Origin: the human T2T-CHM13v2.0 reference genome, Homo sapiens
Length of the DNA stretch: 64,000 bases
Reading direction: 5' to 3' (one strand)
Assembly: GCF_009914755.1 (NCBI RefSeq)
Contig: NC_060926.1
In this document: piece by piece, positions 25,085-36,105 of the stretch
Layout of the letters: each line of letters opens with the position of its first letter
Position numbering within the stretch: position 1 is the first letter of the stretch
Program-made: the position numbers and the translations under genes
The notes under the pieces: model-generated
What the model was told of the DNA's origin: nothing
The model's input: only the letters and a program-made list of their open reading frames with translations
The model's database searches: none

Positions 25085-26319
25085 CAAGCTTCCCTTTTGA
25101 AGTCAAGCTCATGGGCCATGACTAGCTCTTTTCAGCAGTGGCTTGGGGGTCTGAAAACAATCACTGGACTATTTGAAACTCTTCACCACCTTCCAGGATT
25201 CCTGAACGTTTAGGGGCAGCATTTATTAAGGAATAAGGGAAGAAACACCTCCAGGCTCACCTTCAGAGTGAAGACCAGGCACTGAAAGTGGACTCCTCCT
25301 GAAGACACATCCACAGCACTGCAGTAACACTAGTAAGCTGCCTGAACCTGGCCTTCTTGATTGTGTTTTCTGTGAGTTCCTGTCAACAGGGGCTGACCAT
25401 ATGAGGGTCAGGTCCACAGCTTAGCTCTCCCTCTGCTAGTTCCTGAGCAAAACTTGTGTTTCAACCAGGGTTTTACAGCCTGTCTAGCTCTGAACACCTT
25501 CATTATCCATCTGTCCAAGTTTAGGTGGTATGAACTGGTACCTGAATGACAAAGATCTTTTTTGGAGGTTGGAGAGGCTGAATGTTGACCATAAACTAGA
25601 ATTGTTTGTCTTCCAAACTCTATGGGTTCATCCTGATAATCCGAAACACTTGTCTCCTTTGTGCATAAACTGGATTGAAATATTTTTAGAGTTCTCAATC
25701 AAGATGTATTTTTTTAGGGGTGGGCAACAGTTGATTTTATAAATATATTTTCATTCTCCCTTGTTGTGAAGTAAACAGTATTCCCATTACTATGTTTATT
25801 ATGTGGCTAAATGAAAAGTAATAGGATTGAGTCTAGGCTGGGACAATGCCACCCCCAGGTATGAGGGCCTGTTTTTGCCTATGGAGAGAGGGGCACCCTC
25901 ACACTGGACACCAGGAAGGAAGGAAAGAGGGCCAAGGGCAGGCTCAGAGTGCCTTTCACACGTGTGGCCTTGGCCACAAGAACTTTGAAATGTCTAAGAG
26001 GGAATTTCAATATTAAAACAGAATCTTCTGGTTGGAGTTTGCCCAGAACTAGAAAATAAAAACTTCTGGCAAGATGTCTGAAAAACTAATAGCCCTTTAG
26101 GACTAGAAGGTAGATGTTACGGATCAGAGACTATGAACTCGGAGAATGTGATGCAGGAGGAGCCATGGCTTGTTGAATTTTCTATGCTATTTTTCCCTGT
26201 TCTCCTTTAGTAATCCATTACTGTCTTTAGAACTGTCTAGCCTGCCTCAGCTGCTCCAAAGAAAATCAGGATAAACTTAATTAAAGTCCATGGCCAGAGT
26301 GCTCTGTAGGAGCAGCTAT

Positions 26320-28420
26320 GTTTATTGCCATGAACATCTTGATAAAATAGACAATTTTCTAGGAAGATGAAAGATTGACTCAAGAACTATTAACCATGCT
26401 GAGAAAAATTGTGGACAAATTATCTCTACAAAAGGCTCTGAGCTCAGACAGTTTTACGAATGAGTGCTTTCAGATTGTTATAGAGCAGAGAAAAAAGATG
26501 GAAAGCTTTCCAATCTCTTTTTTAAGGGATAATTTCATGACAAAACCTGGCAAAGATAATATACAAATGAATACATATATAACATTATATGATGTATAAG
26601 TAATACACACACAGACCAATGTTAATTATGTATTCATTTTTCATTTGAGATTTTTGCTATACCATGTACTGGAGTATGCTATATACTTATATTCAAGTAT
26701 ATAATATAGAAAAAATGTATTCCTCAAGTATTAACATATACTGCATACTTGAGTATATAGTATGGCAAAAATCCCAAATGAAAAATTATGCTAATACTAG
26801 GGTATATACTAATACTATATATATGCTATATGTTATATACTATAGTATATAATACCATATACTCAAATATATAGTATAGCAAAAATATATGCTCAAGGAT
26901 AGAGTATAGCAAAATCCCAAATGAAAAACTAATAAATTCAGGAGATATTCAAAGAATAATTTAATATGACTAATATTGTATTTATCCCTGGAATTCAATG
27001 ATGACTTTAGATATGGAAGTATGTAATAGTCTACATCAATCTGTCACAGAACAAAAGCCATAAGATCATCCTAATAGATCTAAAGATACAGATTTTTTAA
27101 TGTAATACATTATGTGGATTAGAAAAAAAAACGTAGCAAACAGGAAGACAGGATTTTACACTTGTAATCAACTTCCTGTTCATGGCGAAACAATAGGTAC
27201 ATGTCTACCAAAATTAGAAACAAAGCAAGTAAGACTTCTAGCCCTACCATGATTATATAGTTTCTATTTCTAGTCAATAACCTGAAACAGAAAAGTAATA
27301 TTTTTTAAAAGTCAGGAAATCAAAATATCATTATTTATAGACAATATCCTAGTCTGCCAAAAAAAAAAAAAATTCAAGAGAAAACTACCAGAACTAATAG
27401 GATTTTAGTAAGGTGGGCAATAAGTTAAAAATATACGCATCTATAGATGATTATATACCAGAAGTAGCTAGTTTAAAAATACAGGTGGGGGGAAAAGATT
27501 ATATTTAAAGTGAAATAACAATATTAATAATAAACCTAAAAATAATCTTCATGAAAAAACACACCAGTTCTATTAAAAAGATTATTTAAAATTTATTGTG
27601 AGACATACAAGCAGACTTGAAGAAATATCATGTTCCCTGTAGAAACATTAAGTTTTTTTTTTTTCAAATTCTTTCTCAAATATTTTTTGAAAAGAAGAAT
27701 TGTATACGACAGGAGGGGAAGAGCAAGGCCTGCAGGACTGCTCTAACAGGTACTGTACACCCTCATGCTGGAAGCATTCAAGAACACAGAGGAGCACAGC
27801 CCCACCCAGCCATGTCCACGTGTAAAGATCTAATGTCCCAGAGAGAGGAAAATATGCAAGCTTTAGAAACATGACAGAATATGAAGCATGAGAGTACTTG
27901 ATGTCAGCTTTGGAAATTGTGAAACTTAAGTTTTCTTTGTTCTGGGACTGTTCAAAAATCACTAATTATTCATAAAGGTAGGAAATAAGACTGTGAGTGC
28001 CATCTCATGGAGAAAGACACCAATACGGTGTTCAAGTCACTTTTGTCACGGTTATTCCCAATCATGTAAACTTATGGCATCTGACATGGTACAAAGCCAC
28101 AATAATAAAAACAGTAGGGAGCTGCAATCAGAGTTGTGAATTAAATCACTCGACAGGCTATACAGCTCCAAACATATGAATAGAGAGATTCATTATTTTA
28201 TAAAATAAATGTATTATTTCATAAAAGGAGCATTATTCATCAGGGAGGAGAGGAAGAATTAATGGTTAAAGCATTAACTAAAGTAAATGGTTTATTTTGA
28301 GGGGGAGAATAAATTCTGAACTCAATTTTATGTGAGCATAATTCCAGATGAATAAAGAAAATATCTAGAATTGATGTTAATAAAACTAATTAAGAAAAAA
28401 ACTAATTAAGAAAACATAAA
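26320..28420 (+). mobile_element. Highly degraded L1M ORF2 (RT region) fragments
   Basis: ORF 26375-26599 (QKALSSDSFTNECFQ...FPISFL...KPGKD) matches L1 ORF2 'KKSPGPDGFTAEFYQ...LPNSFY...KPGRD'. Further L1 motifs run to ~27650 and over ~28060-28420. Confidence 0.8.
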
Positions 28421-28431
28421 GAAAAATAGCA

Positions 28432-28564
28432 GAAAGTATGGAAACTTCATGAGGGCAGGGATTTTTGCCTGTTTTGTTTATCGCTGTATCTCCAGCACAT
28501 AGAGTAACACTTGCTGCATAGGAAGGGCTCAATACATTATTGAAAAGATGAATGAATGAATGAA
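28432..28564 (+). mobile_element. L2a 3' end
   Basis: CTTCATGAGGGCAGGGATTTTTGCCTG...GCTCAATAC followed by a (TGAA)n tail. Confidence 0.85.
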
Positions 28565-29719
28565 ACTTTTTTCCATTATAAATTTTCTGATTATATCCTT
28601 TGTCACATTTTCTACTAGGGTTTTTTTTCTTTAATTACTATAATTTGCTTTCAAAAAAAGTCTTCTTAAAGATTCTTAAAGAATCTCTCAAATTTGTTGT
28701 CTTTTCATTTATTTCATTTACATGCAAAAAACAACTTATTTGTATGAGGTTAGCCAACCCAGTCAGTTCTCTTTTATAACTTCTTCTGCTTATCATTATC
28801 TACAGAAAGTCCTTCCTGATTCCAAAGAGCAGTCTGATCCAAGTTATTTCAACTGGGGGGCTAGCACATCCTCTTCCTCTTCCAAGGCCAGGGCCCACTT
28901 CACAGGCATCTGATTCAGAAGATTTCCCTCCCTAACTAGACTCATCAAACCCCAAGCTTCCTTTCTCTGCTCACTCTTTTGCATAATTACACAGTGAGGT
29001 CATGTGTTTACCATACCATTGTTCCATCGCCATGGAGATGATGAGCGACAAAGCACTGGCAAGAAGCCTCCCATGCAGGATGAAGCCAAGGAAGAAGAGA
29101 AGAGAGGAAGGACACGCCCATTAACCAAAGGACCCAAAACATATCTCAAGGAGCTCATGAAGTCATCCTCATGCACACAGTTTCCCAGGTGTCAGATCTG
29201 TTTGGTAAGCACATAACCTTCCAACCCAGCTCAGCATGTAGCTGCACCCAACAAGCAGCCTCTGACCTCAGAAGATGAGGTTCCTGTCCCTTTTAACCAC
29301 TGGGGCCCCTGATGTGATCCTGGGCTGGCTGGTGGCCTCTTGTTTTCTCTAAGAATATAACTCCCTGTTTGTAATCACTTTACTGCATCATTCTTACCCT
29401 CTCTTCTCCCTCCAGATTCAAAAATGTGCTCCCCTCTACTTCCAGGACAATCTCTCTAAGACAAGAATCTGACTGCCTTACTCATATTGTAAAGTTAAGT
29501 TAGTGAACCACCATTGTTCTAAGGGAAAACATTCTAAATTCCTCATGATCTGGCCCCTGCTTCTATTTCCAGCCAACTTCTTACCGCCCACTTCTTTGTG
29601 CTCTACTCCAACTATATTCTGCCTAGCGTTTGAAAATACTGCTTTTTCCATCTAAAATAATAACTTCCTTTTACTGATAACACTGACCTAGGCAGAGTCC
29701 TAAGAAGGTGGCCTGTATA

Positions 29720-29850
29720 TCCTCTAGGTAAGGAAATTAGGGTTCAAAGTGGTTCAACAATTTACCTAGGGTCGTACAGCTTTTAAGTAGCAGAGCAGAG
29801 ATTTGAATCCAGGTCTTTCCAACTGTAAAAGTTGTGACCCTTCTACTACC
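29720..29850 (-). mobile_element. MIR fragment
   Basis: AAGTAGCAGAGCAGAGATTTGAATCCAGGTCT. Confidence 0.7.
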
Positions 29851-30326
29851 TAGGGTGACCTACCATCTTAATTTGCCCAAAACTATCTCAGTTTTAGCAC
29901 TGAGAGTCCCACATCCTGGGAAGACTCTAAGCCCCAGTGAATCTGGGTAGTTGGTTTGTTAGGCCATTATTGCATTGCTATAAAGAAATACCTGAGATTG
30001 GGTAATTTATAAAGAAAAGAGGTTTCATTGGCTCACAGTTCTGCAGGCTGTACAAGAAGCATGGTGTTGGCATCTGCTTGGCTTCTGGGGAGGCCTCAAG
30101 GAGCTTTTACTCAATGGCAAAAGGCGAAGCAGGTGCTTGCATATTACATGGTAATAATTCACTTATTGAGAAGACAGCCCTTCTCTCCTTTAGCCCCAAG
30201 CCATGAGAGATCCACCCCCATGACCCAGTCACCTCCCACCAGGCCCCATCTCCAACATCAGGGATTACAATTCCACATAAGATTTGGTGAGGACACACAT
30301 TCAAACCATATAAGTTGGCTACCCTT
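29851..30326 (+). mobile_element. MER81 hAT-Blackjack MITE split by an MST LTR
   Basis: TAGGGTGACC...GTTTTAGCACTGAGAGTCCCACATCC...GTTGG [LTR] GTTGGCTACCCTT. Confidence 0.85.
29955..30313 (-). mobile_element. MSTB-type MaLR solo LTR
   Basis: TGCATTGCTATAAAGAAATACCTGAG...GGCTCACAGTTCTGCAGGCTGTACA...CAAACCATAT. TSD GTTGG at 29950-29954 and 30314-30318. Confidence 0.93.
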
Positions 30327-31694
30327 CAGCAACCCTTTGCTGCGGCCTTTCCTATTCATGCCAATTCATCTTTCACACATGAGCTCGCTCGCTCTCTCTC
30401 TCTTTCTCTCTCTCTGCCTCCTCCAGGAAGCCTTCCAAGACTGCCCCACATCACAGAAATATATTTCCTCTGTCCTGCCACATTCCTGGGCCTGCCTCCA
30501 TCCCAACTAATCACCTTATATCAAAAAGACCTGTTTACCTTTTAATCTCTTTTGCTAGAGGATAAACTTTCCTGTATCTTCGAACCAAGACCCATTCATC
30601 TCTGTTGCCCCAGGGCTTGTCAAAAAGTAGGAGCTCAATTACTGGTTGTTCACTGAATGGGCAAATGTGATAAGAACTGCTCTGTGGGTACCCTGGTGGC
30701 CGTATCTCCTGAGAAAGTGGTTTCTAGAAATAACTTTGCAGTCTCAAAATTCCTAAGAAGGCCCTCTCTGGAGCCTCGCAATCAGCAAGCATGACCCAAG
30801 CAATTGCTCTGCTTGGAACCCATGGGCCCCACAAGGTCTGTATCTGACCCAAACTCCTCTGTTGCTAGTTTTTAAGCCCACTGATATCTCTAATGCCCTC
30901 CTTAAAAGTCTCTAGTAATGTTAGTTTGTGGGATCCATTTACAAAGCTGTTCCAGGAAGAAAGAGGAGGGAGGGAAGGAGATACGGAAAATTCATCACTT
31001 TCCAAATGGCTTCTGCTCTGATGCAGAAATGGTGCTGGCACACAGAGGCCACAGGTGGAAACGGCATCTTCACCCTGCACCTACACAAAACCTGTTCTAC
31101 CCCCACGTGCCCTCTGAGAAGAGGGAAGACCAGTTAATCATCCAGAGAGAAAGAGAATGAGGGTCACTTCCCTGGAGCTCAGGTGCGCTGCCCCATGAAC
31201 AGGCAACATGAAACTTAGGAAGAGACAAAAGAAGAGCAAACTCCATTGTTGAGTGAAAGAAAGAGTTCAGATTCAGGCTGGTTCTGATTTATCCAAACAA
31301 GTCCCACTGCTCTGGTGAGCAATTGTTAGAATCAAAACCACCTGACACGTGTCAAAACACCAGCATCACTGCCCACCGGCAGCATGTGAGGGGCAGATAT
31401 TTGATCCAGCCACCGTCTTTTCCCTCCTGCCTCGCTCCATGATGAAAGCAATGTGTCCTGACCCCCTACTTCTCCCCACCACTGACACTCTGGAGGGGCT
31501 TAGGGAAGCCTTCACAAATAATTAATTTTAGCTGTTGGGAGAAATACAGATGAAAAACGGTCAGGGATGAGAAGAGAAGCGGTGATGGGAGAACAGGAAA
31601 TTGATGCCCAAAAAAACTCAACAGTGGGGCCACAGCTTAGTGGGCCAACCAGATATTTGTATCAACAATAACCTAGACTATTTATATGATCCCT

Positions 31695-31920
31695 CCATAT
31701 GCACAGCACTTAAGGGTTCACAAAGCACTCACAAATGTTCATTAGCTCCTGTCGAGCACTGCACCTGATTTTTGAGGTAGGAAGGTCAGTGATGATTAGT
31801 CTCACTGTGTAGACGGCAAATCTGAGGTGCAGAAAGGTTAAGCAACTTACCAAGTCCACAGCTGGTAAAAAATGGAGCCCAAATTTAAACCCAGTTCTTA
31901 CCCCAGATTGCATTTCTTTA
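31695..31920 (-). mobile_element. MIR
   Basis: CTGAGGTGCAGAAAGGTTAAGCAACTTACCAAG..CACAGCTGGTAA. Confidence 0.75.
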
Positions 31921-34027
31921 AGAAACCCTCTTGTGACACGAGTGCCAAACATGGTTCTGATATGCCCGCATTGAATCCTTCTAATCCTCCTGGGCTGTAC
32001 TCATTGCTCCACCCTTGTCTCCTTTAGCTCCTGCCCTGTCAAAACGTCCAAGAGATATCTTTGTGACAAGTGAGCATTACCAAATTTACTGCAGAGCCCC
32101 CTTAGGAAATCAAATTGAGGTCAGGGGGAGACTTTGTTCCTCCCACCTTGGCTTTTGCAGTTCTTTCCACCAACTTGAATGAGTACTCTGAACCCCCACT
32201 GTGTGCCAGACCTGGAGCCAGGGATCAAGGGAAGCGACCCACCCTCACCCCTAGACCATGGCCAATCCATGCCCATGTGCCATCTGGGTCTCAGCGAACC
32301 AGTGGACAGGGCTGGAACTTCCCAGGAAGAAAATGTGGGAAAATTCAGGGAGAGCCCGAGGGGAAAAGGGTAGATTCTGAGGTCAAACACAAAATAGGGT
32401 CACAGGATTATATCCAGTGCCCTAGCTGGCAGAAAACGTAGGTACCCACTAGCCAAGGAAGTGGTTTGGGCATTGGTGATCATATTTCTGATTCACACCA
32501 CAAGATATAAACATCCATTCAGTAAAGCACACAGCCTCTCACCACATTTGGAAGAACTTCTCCCTGAAATTCCACTGGTTTCTAAAACCTTTTAAAACTA
32601 CATTTGACCTTTCAGCTCCTGTAAGAGTTTAAAGCAGATGGGCCTACAAATAGGGCAATCGTCTACTGAGAGGGCAGAGCAAGGGAATTTCTACAAAAAC
32701 TTTTGAGTACTTGTGGGGGACCAAACTCCCATTACCAGACTCTGCCGACCTCTCACCCCACACTTAAAGGCTTCCTTAGCAACACCCCTAAACCAGCCAA
32801 TAGGATTCCAGTTAATGACTGCGACCAGCCTGGGAGCGGCCAATCTGTGGTGGGTGCAGGGTCCTCTCGTTTGATGGAAACCCACCCTCCAATCTGGTCT
32901 CAGAGTTCAGCTTTCCATGAAAATAGCACTGAGCAAGCCTCTTATTCCACTCAGTTTCTTTGGCTCAAAGAAATGCAAGTCTACCTTATTGCAGGGGAAC
33001 TCTCTGCTCAAGCAGGAGAGTTTGGTCATCTCTGGATTTGAGGAGCTCCCCGGGCTTCATTTCTTCCCCAGATCTCCCCATAGCTACCCTCCCTCAGGGC
33101 AGCCCAGATATAGGAACTAGACCTTTCATAAGGACTCTTAAAGTGTCCTGTGCCTGGAGTCCGAGGAATGTTCTTCTGCTCTTCTGGTCCTGCCCTAATC
33201 CCTTTCCAGTTTCTCCAGCTGCTGGAGATGAAGAAGTAATGATTTCCCCCTCCCCCTAGAAGCTAGGACCTAAGGGGATAATGGATCCAATTGCTCTTCA
33301 AGCTCTCCAGCCTTGTGGAGCTCAATGTTCAAAACAAACAAAGAAACAACAATAACAACAACAACAACAACAAACACCCTTACATAGAGAAAGTACTCAT
33401 CTGAAAACCGATAATCACCCATATCCACAGGTAGGCATTTCCATGGCTTGTAGATTACCCACAGGCTTATAAAAGGACCCCTAGGGCCTGACATATCAAA
33501 GGAAGGGTAAAAGTTTTGTTGGCCTCAGAATGCTTCCCTGGCTCACTTATTTGGAGCCTCCATTAGGAGAGCCAAAGATGAGTGTCATCCTTGGCCCATG
33601 GGCAGCCTGCCCAGAGTGACCAGCTGGGTAAGGTAGCATGGGCATGGGGGCTTGGATAGCTAAGAAGGGAATGGGGTAGGGGGGAGCTCTGAGGCCCACT
33701 GTCTCAGAAACAATCTCTGGTGTTTTGGAGGCAATGCACAGAAGCCCAAGGAAGGCTGACTCTAACTGAGAGAGGACAGAATGGCAGAATTTTAAGGGTT
33801 TTTCAGAGACCCTAATGCCTCCTTCAATTGTCCCTTACTTCTATATAAAATGCAACATTAGTAGTACAGTTCTTTGAGAGGTAATAAGCCTGGACCCAAA
33901 CCCCAGTAACACTACCCCAAGTTGGCACTCAGTGACATTATTTCCAAATTTCCAACCCCCAGAACTTTGCCATTAAGATAAAAACCACCAATAATACCAT
34001 TATACCATTACACATTGTGTCCCTGCG

Positions 34028-34342
34028 TTTTTATTTGTTTTGTTGTTGTTGTTTGTTTTTTGAGACAGGGTCTGGCTCTGTCACCCAGGCTGGGGCACAG
34101 TGGTGCGATCATGGCTCACCGCAACCTCAACCTCCACAGCTCAAGTGATCCTCCCACTTTAGCCTCCTGAATAGCTGGGACTACAGGCATGCACCACCAC
34201 ACCTGGCTAATTTTTGTACTTTTTGTAGAGACAGGGTTTCACCATGTTGCCAGGCTGGTCTCAAACTCTTGGGCTCAAGCGATCCTCCTGCCTTGGCCTC
34301 CCAAAGTGCTAGTATTACAGATGTGAGCCACCATGCCCAGCC
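34028..34342 (-). mobile_element. AluJ (Jo/Jr-like)
   Basis: GAGACAGGGTCT, GATCATGGCTCAC and GGGCTCAAGCGATCCTCC diagnostics. Confidence 0.95.
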
Positions 34343-34522
34343 CCTGTGCTGCATTTCTTTAGCAAATTGTTTTTGGTTTTAAAGTGACTTATAACCTTCT
34401 ATCAGAGCTTCAGAGAGGCAGTGGCTGCAGGGAAAGTCACAGAGAGGAGAACTAGACTCTCGCCCCACTATGCCATAGTGGCTCGTGCCTTCTGGTCTTT
34501 TCCTTTCCACTGATTCTGCTCT

Positions 34523-34878
34523 TCTGCAGGTATAATTAGTAAGGACGGGGTAATGCTGGAGTAGGGTGGGTCTTTCATTCAATATGGTGGATGTCCTTAT
34601 AAAAATGAGGTATCTGGCTGCAGGGCCACAAACCTAAGAAGAACATCATGTGAGGATGAAGGCAGAGAGCAGGGTGATGCAGCTGAAGCCAAGGACACTG
34701 AAGACTTCCTGCAAACCCCCAGAAGCTGGGGCAGAGGCCCTCCAGTCTCCAGAAGAGGCCAACCATGCTGATACCTTGACCTTGGACTCCTAGCCCCAGA
34801 ACTATGAGAAATAAATTTCTGTTATTTAAGTCACTCAGTTGTCTTACTTGGTTGTGGCAGCCCTGAGAGGCTAATTCT
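34523..34878 (+). mobile_element. MLT1C-type LTR, 5'-truncated
   Basis: GAAGGCAGAGA..AAGCCAAGGA..CCAGAAGCTGG..GAGAAATAAATTTCTGTT..GGCAGCCCT. Confidence 0.85.
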
Positions 34879-34899
34879 CAGCGCTTTCTCTGAATGTCC

Positions 34900-35185
34900 T
34901 CAACACTCTCCTGGTTCTCCTCCTGCCTCAAAAGCACTCCTCAGCTGGTTCCTTTCATTTCTCCAGAGTTTATATAGGAGTCTCCTGAGCCAAGCAACTC
35001 ATGTCTCTTCTTTTCTTTCCCAACACTCTGTCCCTGGGTGATTTCCAATTGTCTCATGGGGCTTTAGAAACCACGTATGTGCCAATTTAAAATTACCTCT
35101 CCCAGACCCATAGATCCAATGGCCTACTTGGCATCTCCCAGTGAATACTTAACAGGCATCTCAAACATAACAAGTCCAAAGCCTT
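34900..35185 (+). mobile_element. L2 fragment
   Basis: GCCTACTTGGCATCTCC...AACAGGCATCTCAAACATAACAAGTCCAAA. Confidence 0.75.
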
Positions 35186-35190
35186 CCCCC

Positions 35191-36105
35191 AAGGGGCTGG
35201 GTGGCAGACTGGGCCCCAGGCCCCAAGGAGAAGGGGCACTTCTCAGGCCAAGCCTTGGGATCAGTTGATGCTGTACCCTGGGAGGGAAGTGGCTATGCTC
35301 TGGCATGTTGGCTCGACAGGATATGAGTCCCAGGGAATGCTGGGTGTTTGGGTACAGTGGAGAATGGGACAGATGCGGTACCTGCCTGTGGAGCCCATAT
35401 TCTTGACTCTCCCAATGCGTTTCTATCCCAGTCCATAAGAAATTGTACAGGCCAGCTGGAAGAACACACTTCAGGACTACTAACATGTCTAAATTTTAAT
35501 CTAAATTTGCCATGTTAAGAACAACAGCCCTTTTATATTTCAAAACTAAACCACACTTGGGCAAGTTGAGTGGATGAAGCTTTATCAATATGGGTAGGTA
35601 ATGTGGAAGGGTGGGATTCAGAAATGAAAGGGGAGGGTCTGTACTGGACATACCAAATCATGCCAATGAGCATAGCCATTATCTGTGTGTATAGACAGAT
35701 TCTTCCAAAGGATATAAGTTATTCCTCCAAAGTTAGGTCAGAATTCAAACTGCACAGTGAACACTAAAATTACTTAATATGCTATTTTTTTAAATGTGCA
35801 AACAAGCCAGCAAATAATATTCACTAACGGGAGAAAACCAACGTATTCAAACACTTTCGAGGCCTGTACAAAGTATAATAATTTAAATTCTTTCCACTTC
35901 ATGAAAACAATTCTTCCTCCTCCATCACTCTCCTTCCACGTTTAGGAAGCAATTCGCAGATCCACTCAAATTTATATCCAAATTGCAGCTTTTAAAATGC
36001 TAGCTCATCAATGATTCTGATAGGCTATGCTTCCCGCCAATCCCAGCGCATTTTACTCTTTCAGTACCTGAGGGTCCAATCCTGTTATCTAGATATGCCA
36101 TCCTG
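35191..36105. mobile_element. Probable old hAT-Tip100-like DNA transposon
   Basis: Ends GGGCTGGGTGGCAGACTGGGCCCCAGG and CTTTCAGTACCTGAGGGTCC...CCTG resemble recalled Tip100-group termini; AT-rich interior. Family not certain. Confidence 0.45.

Larger units (their letters stand above)
29440..30665 (+). mobile_element. L2 interrupted by MIR, MER81 and an MST LTR
   Basis: L2 motif CATGATCTGGCCCCTGC before the inserts; CTCCTCCAGGAAGCCTTCC...GTAGGAGCTCAAT after them. Confidence 0.65.

Noticed and set aside
26375-26599. ORF with reverse-transcriptase-like motifs
   Set aside because: Decayed L1 ORF2 fragment with deletions; not a functional RT.
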